The notes beneath the pieces are model-generated. The model was not told the origin of the DNA and searched no databases. It saw only the letters and a program-made list of their open reading frames with translations. Of a DNA stretch of 64,000 nt, positions 13,640 through 25,773 are shown one piece after another. The stretch comes from Octopus vulgaris (Eukaryota). Numbering within the stretch: position 1 is the stretch's first letter; the number at the start of each line of letters is the position of its first letter. The position numbers and the translations under genes were made by a program. The stretch covers positions 115,816,001-115,880,000 of the forward strand of contig OX597818.1 of the NCBI GenBank assembly GCA_951406725.2, given 5' to 3'.

Positions 13640-16600
13640 TGATAATTTTTTTTTTCGTATTTTATTCTCATTTTTTCGAACTAATACAGGCAGAGTGAAC
13701 CTTTCATAAGTTTTTTAAAAAATTTTTTAAAAAAAGGGAAAACTATGCTCGGAGATAAATCTATCAACAAAAAAAATACAGACGAATACAGATCTGTTAG
13801 CCTTAAGAAGCTGCGCTACGAACAATGTTTACGTGCAGAGAATCCTAAACTGACAGATCCGTCTCTTAATGTAAGAGTCGAAGCTCGTCATGCTTCAATG
13901 TCAACAAAACAAACTACAATCCGCGATGGTCGGCGAGCGGACTACAAAAGACCACGTACCCGAAAATTGAACCAAAGTCTGATTGAAAAATCAGCTACTG
14001 GATCAAATCTTCCCGACACACAGGAGCTGGACGTACCCCACAACTGGAATATTCCAACAGATGGCCATCCATGCTCGTCACCAAACACTCAAAAGAAAAA
14101 GAAGGAAAAATGGACTAGGAAGATAATAAAGAAGTTCTTGCGGCCTTCTACCATGCCATATATTTCCCCACAGATAAATCGAACACTATACAAACCTACA
14201 TAAACTGGAGACAGAAACACCCTGAAGCAAGACCCTACATAGACAGTAACAAACTTGCCAACGTCAGAAGAAACATTATAAAAAAAAATTACTGACTGAA
14301 GTAGAGATTGATCAAATTAGACAAGCAGTAACGGATAGAATGAACGAAGCTGCAGCTAAAGAAGATAATACAGAGGAAATAATTATAGACCAGCCCAGAG
14401 CTGATAAAAACGAAGTAAGGATTGAAAGAGTTAGTATAAGTGATAGGCAAAGTGAAATACTCCCTGAACCAAACATAAACACTAAGACAGATGAACATCA
14501 AATAGATGAAGAAAGTCACACAAATATTGACCCGACAGAACAACATGAGCTAAAAAGTCAAATCATGATTGAACGGCTGAAAATTAAAGAAACCAGTATG
14601 GATGAACGTGATACACTCCCAAAAATCCGCAACTCTAACCAAAACATGAAAATAATTGGTAAAATCCGGCTTGCACTTAAGGATATAATTTCAGCTAATG
14701 ATGTTGATATCACAGATCTCAACCACCTATACTATGCATCCGCGAAAATCTCAACGATCCTATGTGGTGAAAAGATTAGAAAACGGCAACATTTCCACAA
14801 AAAGCCTTCTTGGCAAGAGCGTTTGCAACAACAAATTAAACTATTTAGATCTGACATTGAATATTTGAAAAACCTTAAGGTTCATAAGACTACCAAACCT
14901 ACAAAAACCCAAAAACTAATGAAAAAATATAATATGAAAACTATACTTGATATTGATGCCACCATAGAAACCATCAAGCAAAAGGTATCTGCTAAAGCTG
15001 CCCGCATAGTGAGGTATGAAAAGCGTGTTAGATTCTTCAGGGACAACAACATGTTCAAAAATAATCCCAAAAATTTTTACAGGAAGATAGGAAAAACACC
15101 AGTTACTGTAAAGTCTGTACCATCAAAAGAAGAAGTGCAGGGATTTTGGAATAAAATCTGGGCAGAAGAAAAAACACACAGCGAAAAGGCCCCTTGGATT
15201 GATAGAATATCTAAAGAACTGGACTCCTTAGAAGAGCAAAAGTCGGAAGGTGTCAAGGTAGAAGATATAAGATCTGCTCTCAGGAGGTCAAGCAAATGGA
15301 AGTCTCCAGGAAAGGATAAAATCCCTAACTTCTGGTTGAATGCCTTCCCAGAGAGCCATGAACTGCTAACGGAACTTTACAATGATGTTTTGCAACACCC
15401 TAGTAGGATGCCTCCTTGGCTAGTTAATGGGTTAACATTCCTGCTTCCAAAAAGTGGAGAAACAAATGAACCAAAAAACTATAGACCCATAACCTGCTTA
15501 ACAACTATGTATAAAACACTAACATCTGTCCTGACGGAATATACCTATAGTTTTTTGACAGACAGCAGCATATTCCCTAATGAACAGAAAGGATGTAAAC
15601 GTGGATCCTACGGTTGTAAAGATCCACTACTCATCAATAAGATGATCTTAGAAGATTGTCACAAACGACACAAAACTTATCAATAGTCTGGATAGACTAT
15701 AAAAAGGCTTTTGATAGCCTACCACATAGCTGGATTAAGAAATGCCTAGAAATGTATAAGATAGCACCTACTCTGCGAAACTTTTTGTCTGTAAGTATGA
15801 GATCATGGAGAACCACACTAACTTTGAACAGTGACAATGAATCTCTAAATGCTGGTGATGTAAAAATTTCATGTGGCATTTTCCAGGGTGACTCACTATC
15901 ACCACTCCTCTTCTGTTTAGCCTTAATACCTCTCTCAAAACTGCTCAATGACGCGCAGTACGGATATAAAATGTTTGATAAAAATATAAATCATCTCATT
16001 TACATGGATGATTTAAAGCTCTTTGCAAAAAATGACCAACAACTCAAGGGCTTACTAGCGATTGTCAAACAATTCAGTGATGACATCAGAATGCAATTTG
16101 GCCTCGATAAATGTGCAAAAGCTACCTTTATCAAAGGAAAAATGACAGAAACATCTAACGTTAACCTTGACCAGCAGAATGTCATAAAAGAATTAGACCC
16201 AGCGGAGAACTACAAGTATCTAGGGGTAATTGAAGGAGACGGAATAAGGCATTCAGAGATGAAGGAAAGGATCAGGAGAGAATGTTATCGCAGAGTAAGA
16301 GCAATACTCAAGACAGAGCTGAATGCGAGAAACAGGATCGAAGCGATCAATGCATTAGCCATACCAGTCGTGACTTACAGTTTCAATATCGTAAACTGGT
16401 CAATTACTGAAATATGTAATCTTGACAGAAAAATACGAAAACTGTTGACAATGCATAGAATGCACCACCCTAAGGCAGATACAGAACGACTTTATCTGCC
16501 AAGAAAAGAGGGAGGCCGTGGACTTTTACAACTGGCAATAACAATGAAGATTGCTATAATTGGCCTAGACACCTAGGTGAAAAACTCTGAGGACTGGATG

Positions 16601-17739
16601 TTAAAACTTGTCTCAAAACATGAAAACAAGAAAGCATCATACTTAGTAACAAAACAGGCAAAGGAATACCTAAGTGAATTCCGAATACAACAAATTTCGG
16701 AATTAGAGATAGACATACAAGAAACAGGCACAGAAAAAGCTAAGCGCATGAAAACCCGTGCTAAATCTGCGGCCTTAGATATTCTGAATGATAAATGGCA
16801 AGAAAAACCTCTCTATGGCAAATACCCAAAGAGAGCGAATAATGCAGATGTTGACAAAGCCCTGACCCATCAATGGCTAATGGCCTCTGGCTTAAAATCT
16901 GAAACAGAGGGGTTTATCATAGCAGCTCAAGATCAATGCCTACCAACAAGAAACTACCAGGCCAACATATTAAAGATCGGCAGTAGCCCAACATGTCGTG
17001 TATGCCAGCAACAAAATGAAACCATTGATCATGTGGTCTCCAAGTGCAGTCTTCTAGCGCCTACAGAGTATCTCAACAGGCATGATAGAGCTGCACAATA
17101 TATTCACTGGGTAATCTGCAAAAACCTGGATTTGCCCCATGAAAAAAACTGGTGGGAACACAAACCACCCCCAGTGCTTGAAAATGACCACATCTCACTC
17201 CTCTGGAACTTCACCATTCAAACTGACAGAAAGATAGATGCAAATAGGCCAGACATCATATTGAAAGACTTCAAACAAAGAACATGCCTCCTCATTGATA
17301 TGACTGTCCCAATCGATATAAACGTAGCTGTCAAGACCTACCAAAAACTGAGCAAATATAAAGATCTTGAAATAGAAATCAGCAAAATGTGGAACCTGAA
17401 GACTAAAACAATACCTGTTGTCATAGGTGCCCTGGGAATGATAGCAAAAAGGGGCTGATTGCTACCTAACTCAGATACCAGGAAACCTAAAAATGGCAGA
17501 AATTCAAAAAATAGTGCTCATGGGAACTGCTCATATCCTACGCAAAATACTTTCTATGTAATCTCAAGGTTTAAAACAAACATTTTCTTTTTTTAGACAT
17601 CCACTAGTACAACACAAAAAACAACCAAATATATGGCACACTAGGCATAACAACAACGTGAACTTCCAACCTGTTGTCTCTTGAGGTCTCTGGGTGAGAC
17701 TTGGAGCCAACTTGTACAAATATAAAGCAAAAGTCAAAC

Positions 17740-17828
<89 letters not shown>

Positions 17829-17829
17829 C
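13640..17829 (+). mobile_element. R4/Dong-clade non-LTR retrotransposon (RT + CCHC + restriction-like endonuclease), near full length, with (TAA)n tail
   Basis: Flanked by TAA/GAT repeats. 3' UTR ends ...aaagtcaaaca(taa)n at 17740. Confidence 0.9.
13745..17561 (+). pseudogene. Disrupted R4/Dong ORF: frameshifts near 14.1-14.3 kb, ~15675 and ~17450; in-frame TAG at 16574-16576
   Basis: KSPGKDKIPNFW, NYRPITCL, EQKGC, WIDYKKAFDS, GIFQGDSLSPLLF, YMDD, CRVC..ETIDHVVSKC, RHD, RPDII..IDMTVP..KLSKY, IPVVIGALG. Confidence 0.9.
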
Positions 17830-18062
17830 ATAGTGCACGGAGCCTTCCACTCTAAGAACGACACCGACAGGATCTACTTGTCCAGAAGAAAGGGTGGAAG
17901 AGGTTTGATCAGTTGCCAGAATTGTATCGAAAACAGTTTAGGGTGGTATGTAAAAAATGCCGTGGGACCATTGTTGAAACATGCAAAGAAGGCCGGTGTC
18001 ATTAAAACTGAGAATTGCGTAAAGAAAGAAAACCTTAAAGAGGAAAAAAACGCAAAAAAAAA
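17830..18062 (+). mobile_element. Fragment of another R4-like LINE
   Basis: HGAFHSKNDTDRIYLSRRKGGRGLISC resembles HRMHHPKADTERLYLPRKEGGRGLLQ of the adjacent element. Confidence 0.7.
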
Positions 18063-18099
18063 AGAAACGGTCTGTTTGCAAGAGATACGAGCATGAAGA

Positions 18100-18678
18100 C
18101 TGCAGCTCGGACAAAGAGACGAGCATTGTTGAATTGTGGGTTTATGTCGAACACCTGATGTCGAACACTTGAGTCCATCGGGAACATCATCCCGCCGCCT
18201 TCCTTTAGCCGAGAATGGTATGCAGTGTTTCTTTGCCTGGTGGCCTCAGCAAAAGGGGTTTTCTGGTGGACCAGGTTGAAAGGGCTGAAGGCAGATACTT
18301 TCCTCTTTGCCCAAGCCCTCATCAACATTTTCAAGTTTCACTTGAAAACGAAAGTGAGAGTAGAGAGGGAGGTACTGCTTCCCAGCAATTTGGTAAAAAG
18401 GTGGGTGAATGTAGCACGAATGGCCCGAGTGAACGGACCTACTATAAGCATCCGCCCCTAGATTGAGGGTAAAGGAAGAGGAGAGGGTACTTGCCCTAGA
18501 TCTTGGTTTTTGCGGAGTTTCCATGAACAGCTCTTGGAAGTTTACCTCTTTGGGGGATTTTAATTGTTATAATTTTCATTGTTTTTGTTTTTACGCGCTT
18601 CAGTCCCACTCTTTTTGTATCGTATTTTCCTGCACCGTCCCCAATCTTATATGAACCCTCAGTGGTTAATAAAGAAAA

Positions 18679-18680
<2 letters not shown>
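18100..18680 (+). mobile_element. Probable 3' end of an L1/Tx1-like LINE
   Basis: FLCLVASAKGVFWWTRLK..FKFHLKTKVRVER..KRWV resembles L1/Tx1 C-termini. Followed by a pyrimidine-rich UTR and an aataaagaaaa end. Confidence 0.5.
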
Positions 18681-18720
<40 letters not shown>

Positions 18721-19184
18721 CATCATCATCATCATTATTATTATTGAGTGAAAGAGCAGTGCATGCCATCGAAGTGACACTGGCGTAAAATATACGAAGC
18801 CCAGCATACCCATCATGACTACCCGTCTGATAAGAGTACACACGGCACATGCATCACAGCCATATGTGCGCGCCATAGTGATTTCATATCAAGATAAACA
18901 GCGCATGACCTTGCAGGTGGGGCCCAGTTAGAATTTTCCTCCGGTCGAGTAACCCATCCTGCATTGAAGTCGGTGTAATCGACTTACCTAAATCCCCCGA
19001 AATTTCAGGCCTTGTGCCTTTAGGAGAAAGGATTATTATTGTTGATGTTGTTGTTGTTGATGTCTCTGTCTCTCCTTATTATAAGACGAAAACAGTAAAT
19101 ATTGATGAATGTTTTCCTTTTCAAACACTGACCTCAGTTAAATGTCGATATAATCGAATCATTGTAATATCGAAGAAGGTAAAA

Positions 19185-19394
19185 AGAGAGAAAAGAGACC
19201 GCCTCTGACAATGCGACAAGTTTAAATAAAACCTTTATATTTCAGGCTTTATCTTTCAGGCTTCCGTTAACAGAACCTACATAACTGAACTTCCTTTAGA
19301 CTGTTCTTTTCTGCTGAAGATGGGCCTTTCAGCCTGAAATATAAAGGTTTTATTAAACTTTACGCATTGTCAGACGCTGTCTATTTTCTCCCTT
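19185..19394 (+). repeat. Inverted repeat (~64-bp arms) with a minimal hammerhead motif at 19306-19348; probable PLE pseudo-LTR remnant
   Basis: Arms 19185-19248 and 19331-19394. CTGAAGA T GGGC-ctttca-GCCT GAAA TA TA aagg. Confidence 0.65.
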
Positions 19395-19406
19395 GTTATA
19401 TATATA

Positions 19407-20622
19407 CAAGGGTTGGACAAAATAATGGAAACACCTAGCATCATAGCATCATAATTTTGAAATATCTACAAAACCGTCAAAAGCTTGTTTATTTTTATGT
19501 TTTTTTATTTATTGTTAGTATTGCTTAATATGTTTTGCTAAAATTGCTGTTTCTTTTTAGATATCATCAGAAAAAGGTAATTAAAATTCATTAAAATGAC
19601 AGATCTATCGGATTTTCAAAGAGGTCAAATTGTTGGTGCTCGTATGGCAGGCGCTAGCGTAACGAAAACAGCCGAAGTGTTTGGTGTATCAAGAAGTACT
19701 CTATCGAAAGTAATGGCAACCTTTGAAAAAGAGGAAAAAACCTACTCGTTGAAACAAAACTCCAGAAGAAAACTAAAACTTTTAGATAGGGGCCGTCAGA
19801 CTCTTATGCGAATTGTTAGAAAGGATCACAAAAGTACAGCTCCCAAAACTACTGCAGAGCTTAATGACCACCTCGAGAACCCAGTTTCCACAAAAACTGT
19901 TCGCCGGGAGCTGCACAAACCTGGATTTCATGGGAGGGCTGCAATAAAAAAACCACTACTTTCAAAAACAAACGTTGCAAAGCATTTAGAGTGGAGTAAA
20001 CACCTACAGAATTGGTCCCTAGATCAGTGGAAGAATGTTATTTTCTCGGACGAGTCATCCTTTACCTTATTTCCGACCACCGGTCGAGTATACGCGTGGA
20101 GACAGCCTGTGGTGAGCTGGAGAGTTACATCTTGGTAATCCGCCGGCCCAATGGTTTCCCTTCATGGCAGAATTAATAGTCAAGACTATTCAAGCATTTT
20201 ATCTGATCAAATTCATCCTATGGTTGCGGAGTTGTTTCCGGAGGGAAACGCGATCTTTCAAGATGATAATACACCAATTCACACACCTAAAGATGTTACT
20301 GAATGGCACGAGGAACATTCTAGTGAAATTGAACATCTTATCTGGCCACCACAGTCCCCAGGTCTCAATATTATCAAACATTTATGGTGCATTTTAGAAA
20401 AACACGTAAGGAGTCGATATCCTCCACCATCATCACTACAAGAACTGCAAACTGTTTTAGCTGAAGAATGGACAAAAATTCCTTTGGAAACAATTCAAAT
20501 TTTGTACGAATCCATACCTCTTAGAATTCAAACTGTAATTACTGCCAAAGGCGGTCCTATCCCATATCAAAATAAATTTGTTTGAAATTTTAAGATGTTT
20601 CCATTATTTTGTCCAACCGCCG
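19407..20622 (+). mobile_element. Tc1/mariner DNA transposon (DD34E type), defective
   Basis: ~30-bp TIRs caagggttggacaaaataatggaaacacct (19407-19436) and agatgtttccattattttgtccaaccgccg (20593-20622), with TA on both flanks. Confidence 0.92.
19596..20585 (+). pseudogene. Tc1 transposase pseudogene
   Basis: MTDLSDFQRGQIVG HTH, WKNVIFSDES, FQDDN, WPPQSPGLNIIKHLW (catalytic E appears replaced by K). Stop at 20136-20138 and an apparent deletion after RVYAWRQP. Confidence 0.88.
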
Positions 20623-20635
20623 TATATTATAATAC

Positions 20636-20786
<151 letters not shown>

Positions 20787-21039
20787 GAGGAGAGACATAA
20801 AGACAGGACCAGACAAGGGATGAAAAAGGCCTCATAGCATATTCTTCCGATAAATTTCAAATAAACCACCTACACGAGGATTATATCTCTGCAAACAATA
20901 ACCTTTTATTGGAATGGTAACGAAAGCATGACTGTAACATGAAACATGATTGAATGTCTTCTCCGAGTGATGCTGTTGGGTAACACATGGCCTAGGCCAA
21001 TTCAAGCTGAGACCTAACTCGTATCTAAGTATGTGTGTT

Positions 21040-21076
<37 letters not shown>

Positions 21077-22267
21077 TGTATATATGCATATGTATATGTA
21101 TATACGTATGTATATGTATATTTACCTTGAAATTGTTTCCTTGTCTTCCGTCTGAGTAGCCATTGTAAGAACCAACCAGAAAAGTTAAATTTAGTACTCC
21201 TTTCTTTCGTCGCTTATCTACGCTGTATCCGGTAATTGTGTGCAGACGAGCAGGCTTTAAGCCTGTTAGTATTGTATTTGCGTAGAACACTGGCGAAAAA
21301 TTATACGACAGCTATTTCCAGAAGTAAATAACGATGAAGTTAGATATAAAAAGTACAATTGTTGTACTGTCTGCTTAAAATGGACATTGCATTAGAGTAG
21401 AAATAATTTCTCGATAAGGGAAGATTGTCATTCGGCTTCGGTTTTTATCTATAGTCATTGCAGTTCTCTTCGGTAACTTATGCTATGGCTGTAGGAGAAT
21501 AATCTTCATATAATTCACATTTTTTCTTCCCGCGCAAATCCATAAGCTTCGTCCGTGACGTCTGTTCAGTATCGTCTGCTTTTATTCATTTTTTCATTTC
21601 ATTTCCTCACAGATTTTAGAAACACTGTAACACTCCCGCACAGTCACAAAGACTCATATATATATAAATACACACACACATACAAACAGGGACATACGCA
21701 TTTAAAAGTATATGCACACATCCTCAAAGGGGCATATATATATCCATGCAAGCCCGAATACATTCACATATATAGTCGAGCATGTGTAGAGACCTACTGA
21801 ATTCCCACATGTAGTTGCTAGCAGAAAAAAAGGACAGTAATTAACTTGATCGATTTACCACTTGCTTCAGTTCAAATAAAACTTGAAAATGTATACGAAA
21901 CATTAAATACTACTCACAGTTACAGGTCCATTTCCCACTTCGTATATATTTAATACGGACCATTTTCTCATAACTCGACTGGCCTTCATTAAATTCAGAA
22001 GTCAGAACCAAAACAAGTATTTCTTTACGTGAGAAGGATGGAATATGAGGAAAGCGTATCCACATTGCCTTCTTTTGTTGTCTTTTTTCTCTTTTTCTAC
22101 CATCTTTTGTCCAGTTCCCCGCCATCTAATATTACTGGAATTAACTTGTCAGGCAACGAAATCAATGAAAATACTGCGTTCGTATCCTCTAAAAATAGTT
22201 TCTTCTTTTTTATATATATATGTATATATAAGTATATATATTGCAAATCAATAAAAGTTATTGTTAC

Positions 22268-22578
22268 ACCACCACTACCATCACCACCATCACCATTACC
22301 ATCACGACCACCACCACAACCACCACCACCACCACCACCTCCACCACCATCACCGCCACCATCACCATGACCACCACCACCACCACCACCATGACCACCG
22401 TCACCACTACCACCACCATCACCACCACTACCACCATCACCACTACCACCATCACAACGACCACCACCACCACCACCATCACCACATCACTACCACCGTC
22501 ACCACTACCACCACCATCACCACCACCACCACCATCACCACTACCACCATCACAACGACCACCATGACCACCACCACC

Positions 22579-22610
<32 letters not shown>

Positions 22611-22780
22611 TGTCCCCGTTGCCGTCGTCGTCGCCATCATCCTCATCACGACCATGATGAACACCACCATCATCACCAACAATAACCTCCACCACCACCA
22701 CCACCACCACCAAAAACAACATCATTATCAGCAGCAACAACAACAACAACGACCGCATCAACCACTTCTACGACAACATC
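22268..22780. repeat. Degenerate (CAC/CAT/CAA)n microsatellite
   Basis: Read directly from the sequence. Confidence 0.95.
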
Positions 22781-22977
22781 GTTAATTATAGCATATCGAA
22801 TTCCTAGAACGCATAGATTAATCAATCAGTTTTTTTCCATTTTCCGTTCTCTCACACTCGAGAATTAATAAAATAACGCAAAACAATTGATTGAGATATG
22901 TGTCAATAGCCATATCTATTGATACGTTGAATGTCGAAGGCAAATTAAGGCAGATGTAACAAAACTTTGTTTCTGTT

Positions 22978-23042
<65 letters not shown>

Positions 23043-23047
23043 AATGC

Positions 23048-23080
<33 letters not shown>

Positions 23081-23204
23081 TGTATGTATGTTATTGGACT
23101 CCACTTGTATCTCATCAGCGGTGGATTCCAATAACAAGACCCTGCCTCAGTAAAGCTGGACTCAAGAGTCATCTTTGTAGTCATAAAGCGAGACAGATGA
23201 GTGA

Positions 23205-23769
23205 CAACCTGGCCACTGATGGTGGTGTTACACACCATACTAATCATATCTATCGGGCGCGTCCTCAAAGTCCATCCCCTCCTCACCGTGGTGTGGACGC
23301 TGGCAACGGGTAGTGTCAGAGCTATGCCGTCGGGAACTTCTGTTCCTGGTAGGGCCACCCAAGGCGGATTGGTCTGACACCGAGTGGTATTAGGGCCACA
23401 ATCCGGCAGACGGGGCTCTGGTGAAAATCCTCGGAGTGTCTGTTTCGCCAACCGGCGGCGGCTCCTCGGTCGTTCTGTCGCTGCGTCTGCGGACAATCTG
23501 CGGCAAACAGGATGTCTCTACATGCGGGATTGTTGGGGACCGCTTGTGAAATCCACATATTCCCACGAAATTTCTTCCATGAATTCTCAATGGCGAATAC
23601 AATGGCAACATCGGCCTGCGCCGATGGAACCGTGACTGGCTCGCTATCTCCAGTGAACTGGCGCAGGACCGTCGTGCGTGGGCTGCCATGGTTCGAGATG
23701 CCTCGAGGGTAGTAGAAGAAGCCGACTCAACCCGCCCAGGGTAAATTTCGCCACAAGTACAAGTAAGTA
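23205..23769 (+). mobile_element. Non-autonomous bipartite RTE element (5' UTR joined to 3' end)
   Basis: RTE-type 5' UTR motif gagctatgccg..cctggtagggccacccaa. 3' end reads ELAQDRRAWAAMVRDA..ADSTRPG* followed by a caagta-caagta-agta tail. Confidence 0.65.
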
Positions 23770-24019
23770 TCTGTCGGGCATGTGGAAGAGAGTGTAATTC
23801 GGCAGGAGGACTTAAACGACATGCAAGGGTACATGAAGCCCAGTTACAACTACAGCCGGCTATTGCCGGTAAAGGTATTAGTTGCCAATTCTGTACAAGA
23901 CATTGTAGATCTTTAGCTGGGCTAAAAAGTCACATTCGATCACAGCACCAATAACAGTTAAGCTTCGTGCAATGGCCATACTCGATAACGAGGGGGCAGC
24001 CATCATGTATGTATGTATG

Positions 24020-24600
24020 TTATTCATTTTTATTTCAAGATTTCTTGCTAATAGAGAAAGAGTCGGTTTTTAACCTAGATCCAAGGATCCTCCATTAGAA
24101 TTTCAACATCAACAACGGGGTATTTTTTAAATATGTATGTGAACGTGTGCAGTATTTGGTGTTAGTACGTGTTCAAATTTGCATGTTTTGTTTTATGTAT
24201 GTATCATCATGCATAGAGCTGCATGTCTAGACATGCACATATATATTTAAATGCTAAACTTCTGCAAAGTTTTACAGGTTTTTACAGTTCCTTTGATGTC
24301 TTGAATCTGTAATCTTCGAATTAGCTTTCTCATTTCCGGTTTTGAGAAGCCTGATTTCTCAAGATTGGTATTTAGGTAGTGTGTTAGATATCCCAGTGCC
24401 CCAATAATTACAGGTATAAACCTGAACATATAATTTGAATAGAGTAACTGCAAATTTCCCAATAGTCCAGCGGAGGTGTTTTCTCTTTCACTGATCTTAA
24501 GCTTTATGTTGACACCCGCTGAGCAGCCGATTTCTGCTGTTGTTCAGTTTCTCTTACCCATCCCAAACCACTATAACACGTCTATTATTTTACATTTTAT
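24020..24600 (-). mobile_element. 3' end of a (TACA)n-associated R4-like LINE
   Basis: FRFIPVIIGALGYLTHYLNTNLEK..GTVKTCKTLQKF plus the conserved terminal module. Homologous to 54545-55110 and 61527-61988. Confidence 0.8.
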
Positions 24601-24942
24601 GTATGTATGTAAAATATAAATGAATAATAAATATGTATAAGTGTCAATACATTACGGTCGTTTCGATCGATTCCTTTAATTGATCAATGAAAGCATTGCA
24701 TTATTACAAAGAAAACCGTTCTCATCAGATGACCGCATAGACTTCAATGGACTTGAAATCTATGCAGGGAGATTTCACAAAAAAAAAACAACAAAAAAAC
24801 AAAAGACGAAGACAGGTGGTATTAGTACAACGCTCGGGAAGTGAAAAAGTCTTTAACGTTTCGAACCTACACTCTTCCACAAAAAGGAACACAGAAAGAA
24901 ACAAGGAGAGAAAATAAAGAATGTGTAGTGGCTAGCGATATA

Positions 24943-25026
<84 letters not shown>

Positions 25027-25773
25027 GTTTAAATATTTGTTGTGCAAGATTTTTTATGTGAAGTCGTGTGTTGAAACAGATATTGTTATATTTCGGAATG
25101 GTCATATTGCCAGTTTAGCCAATAAAAACACACGCACTATATATTTGGTGTTATTTTGCTTCAGTGATATTTATTTTTTACATTAATCTTAATCTTATTT
25201 CGGCCAAAGTTCTTTCGTCACACTCCTGTGACCGCATCAGTGGTCCTTTGTTTTCTTCTCACTTACTTGTGTCTCTCCTTACTAACCGTCAGCCATTTTG
25301 TATTTCTATTGTATGTCTTCATTTGCGCATGCTTATATCTCTATGTGCGTCTATGTTTATTTAGTGTGTGGGGGGGGGATGCCTGTAATATTTGTATCTT
25401 CTGGTTATATACATTCTTGTAATTTGTATTTTGTTTTTGTTGTTGTTGCTTTTGTTCTAATTTTATTCATGTGTTTACATCCACCCATTATTATCATTAC
25501 ATATGCTTGTATGTATGTATAACAACAATATTAGTAATAATAATAATAAATCTAATCGAGAAAAAAAAAAAAAAAAAAAAAAGAATATACATATACATAT
25601 ATATATATATACATACATATACATATACATATATATATATATATATATACATATATACACACATATATACACATATACATATACATATATATACACATAT
25701 ACATATATATAGATATTCATTTCTATTTCTTTAATTACCTGTGTATTTATTATGTTTGCAGGATCCACTATTG

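Noticed and set aside
16574-16576. Programmed stop readthrough in the R4 ORF
   Set aside because: The same copy has several frameshifts, so a simple nonsense mutation is more parsimonious.
23089-23136. 16-bp hairpin enclosing CTGATGAG on the - strand
   Set aside because: No stem II, GAAA or cleavage triplet; at most a deleted remnant.
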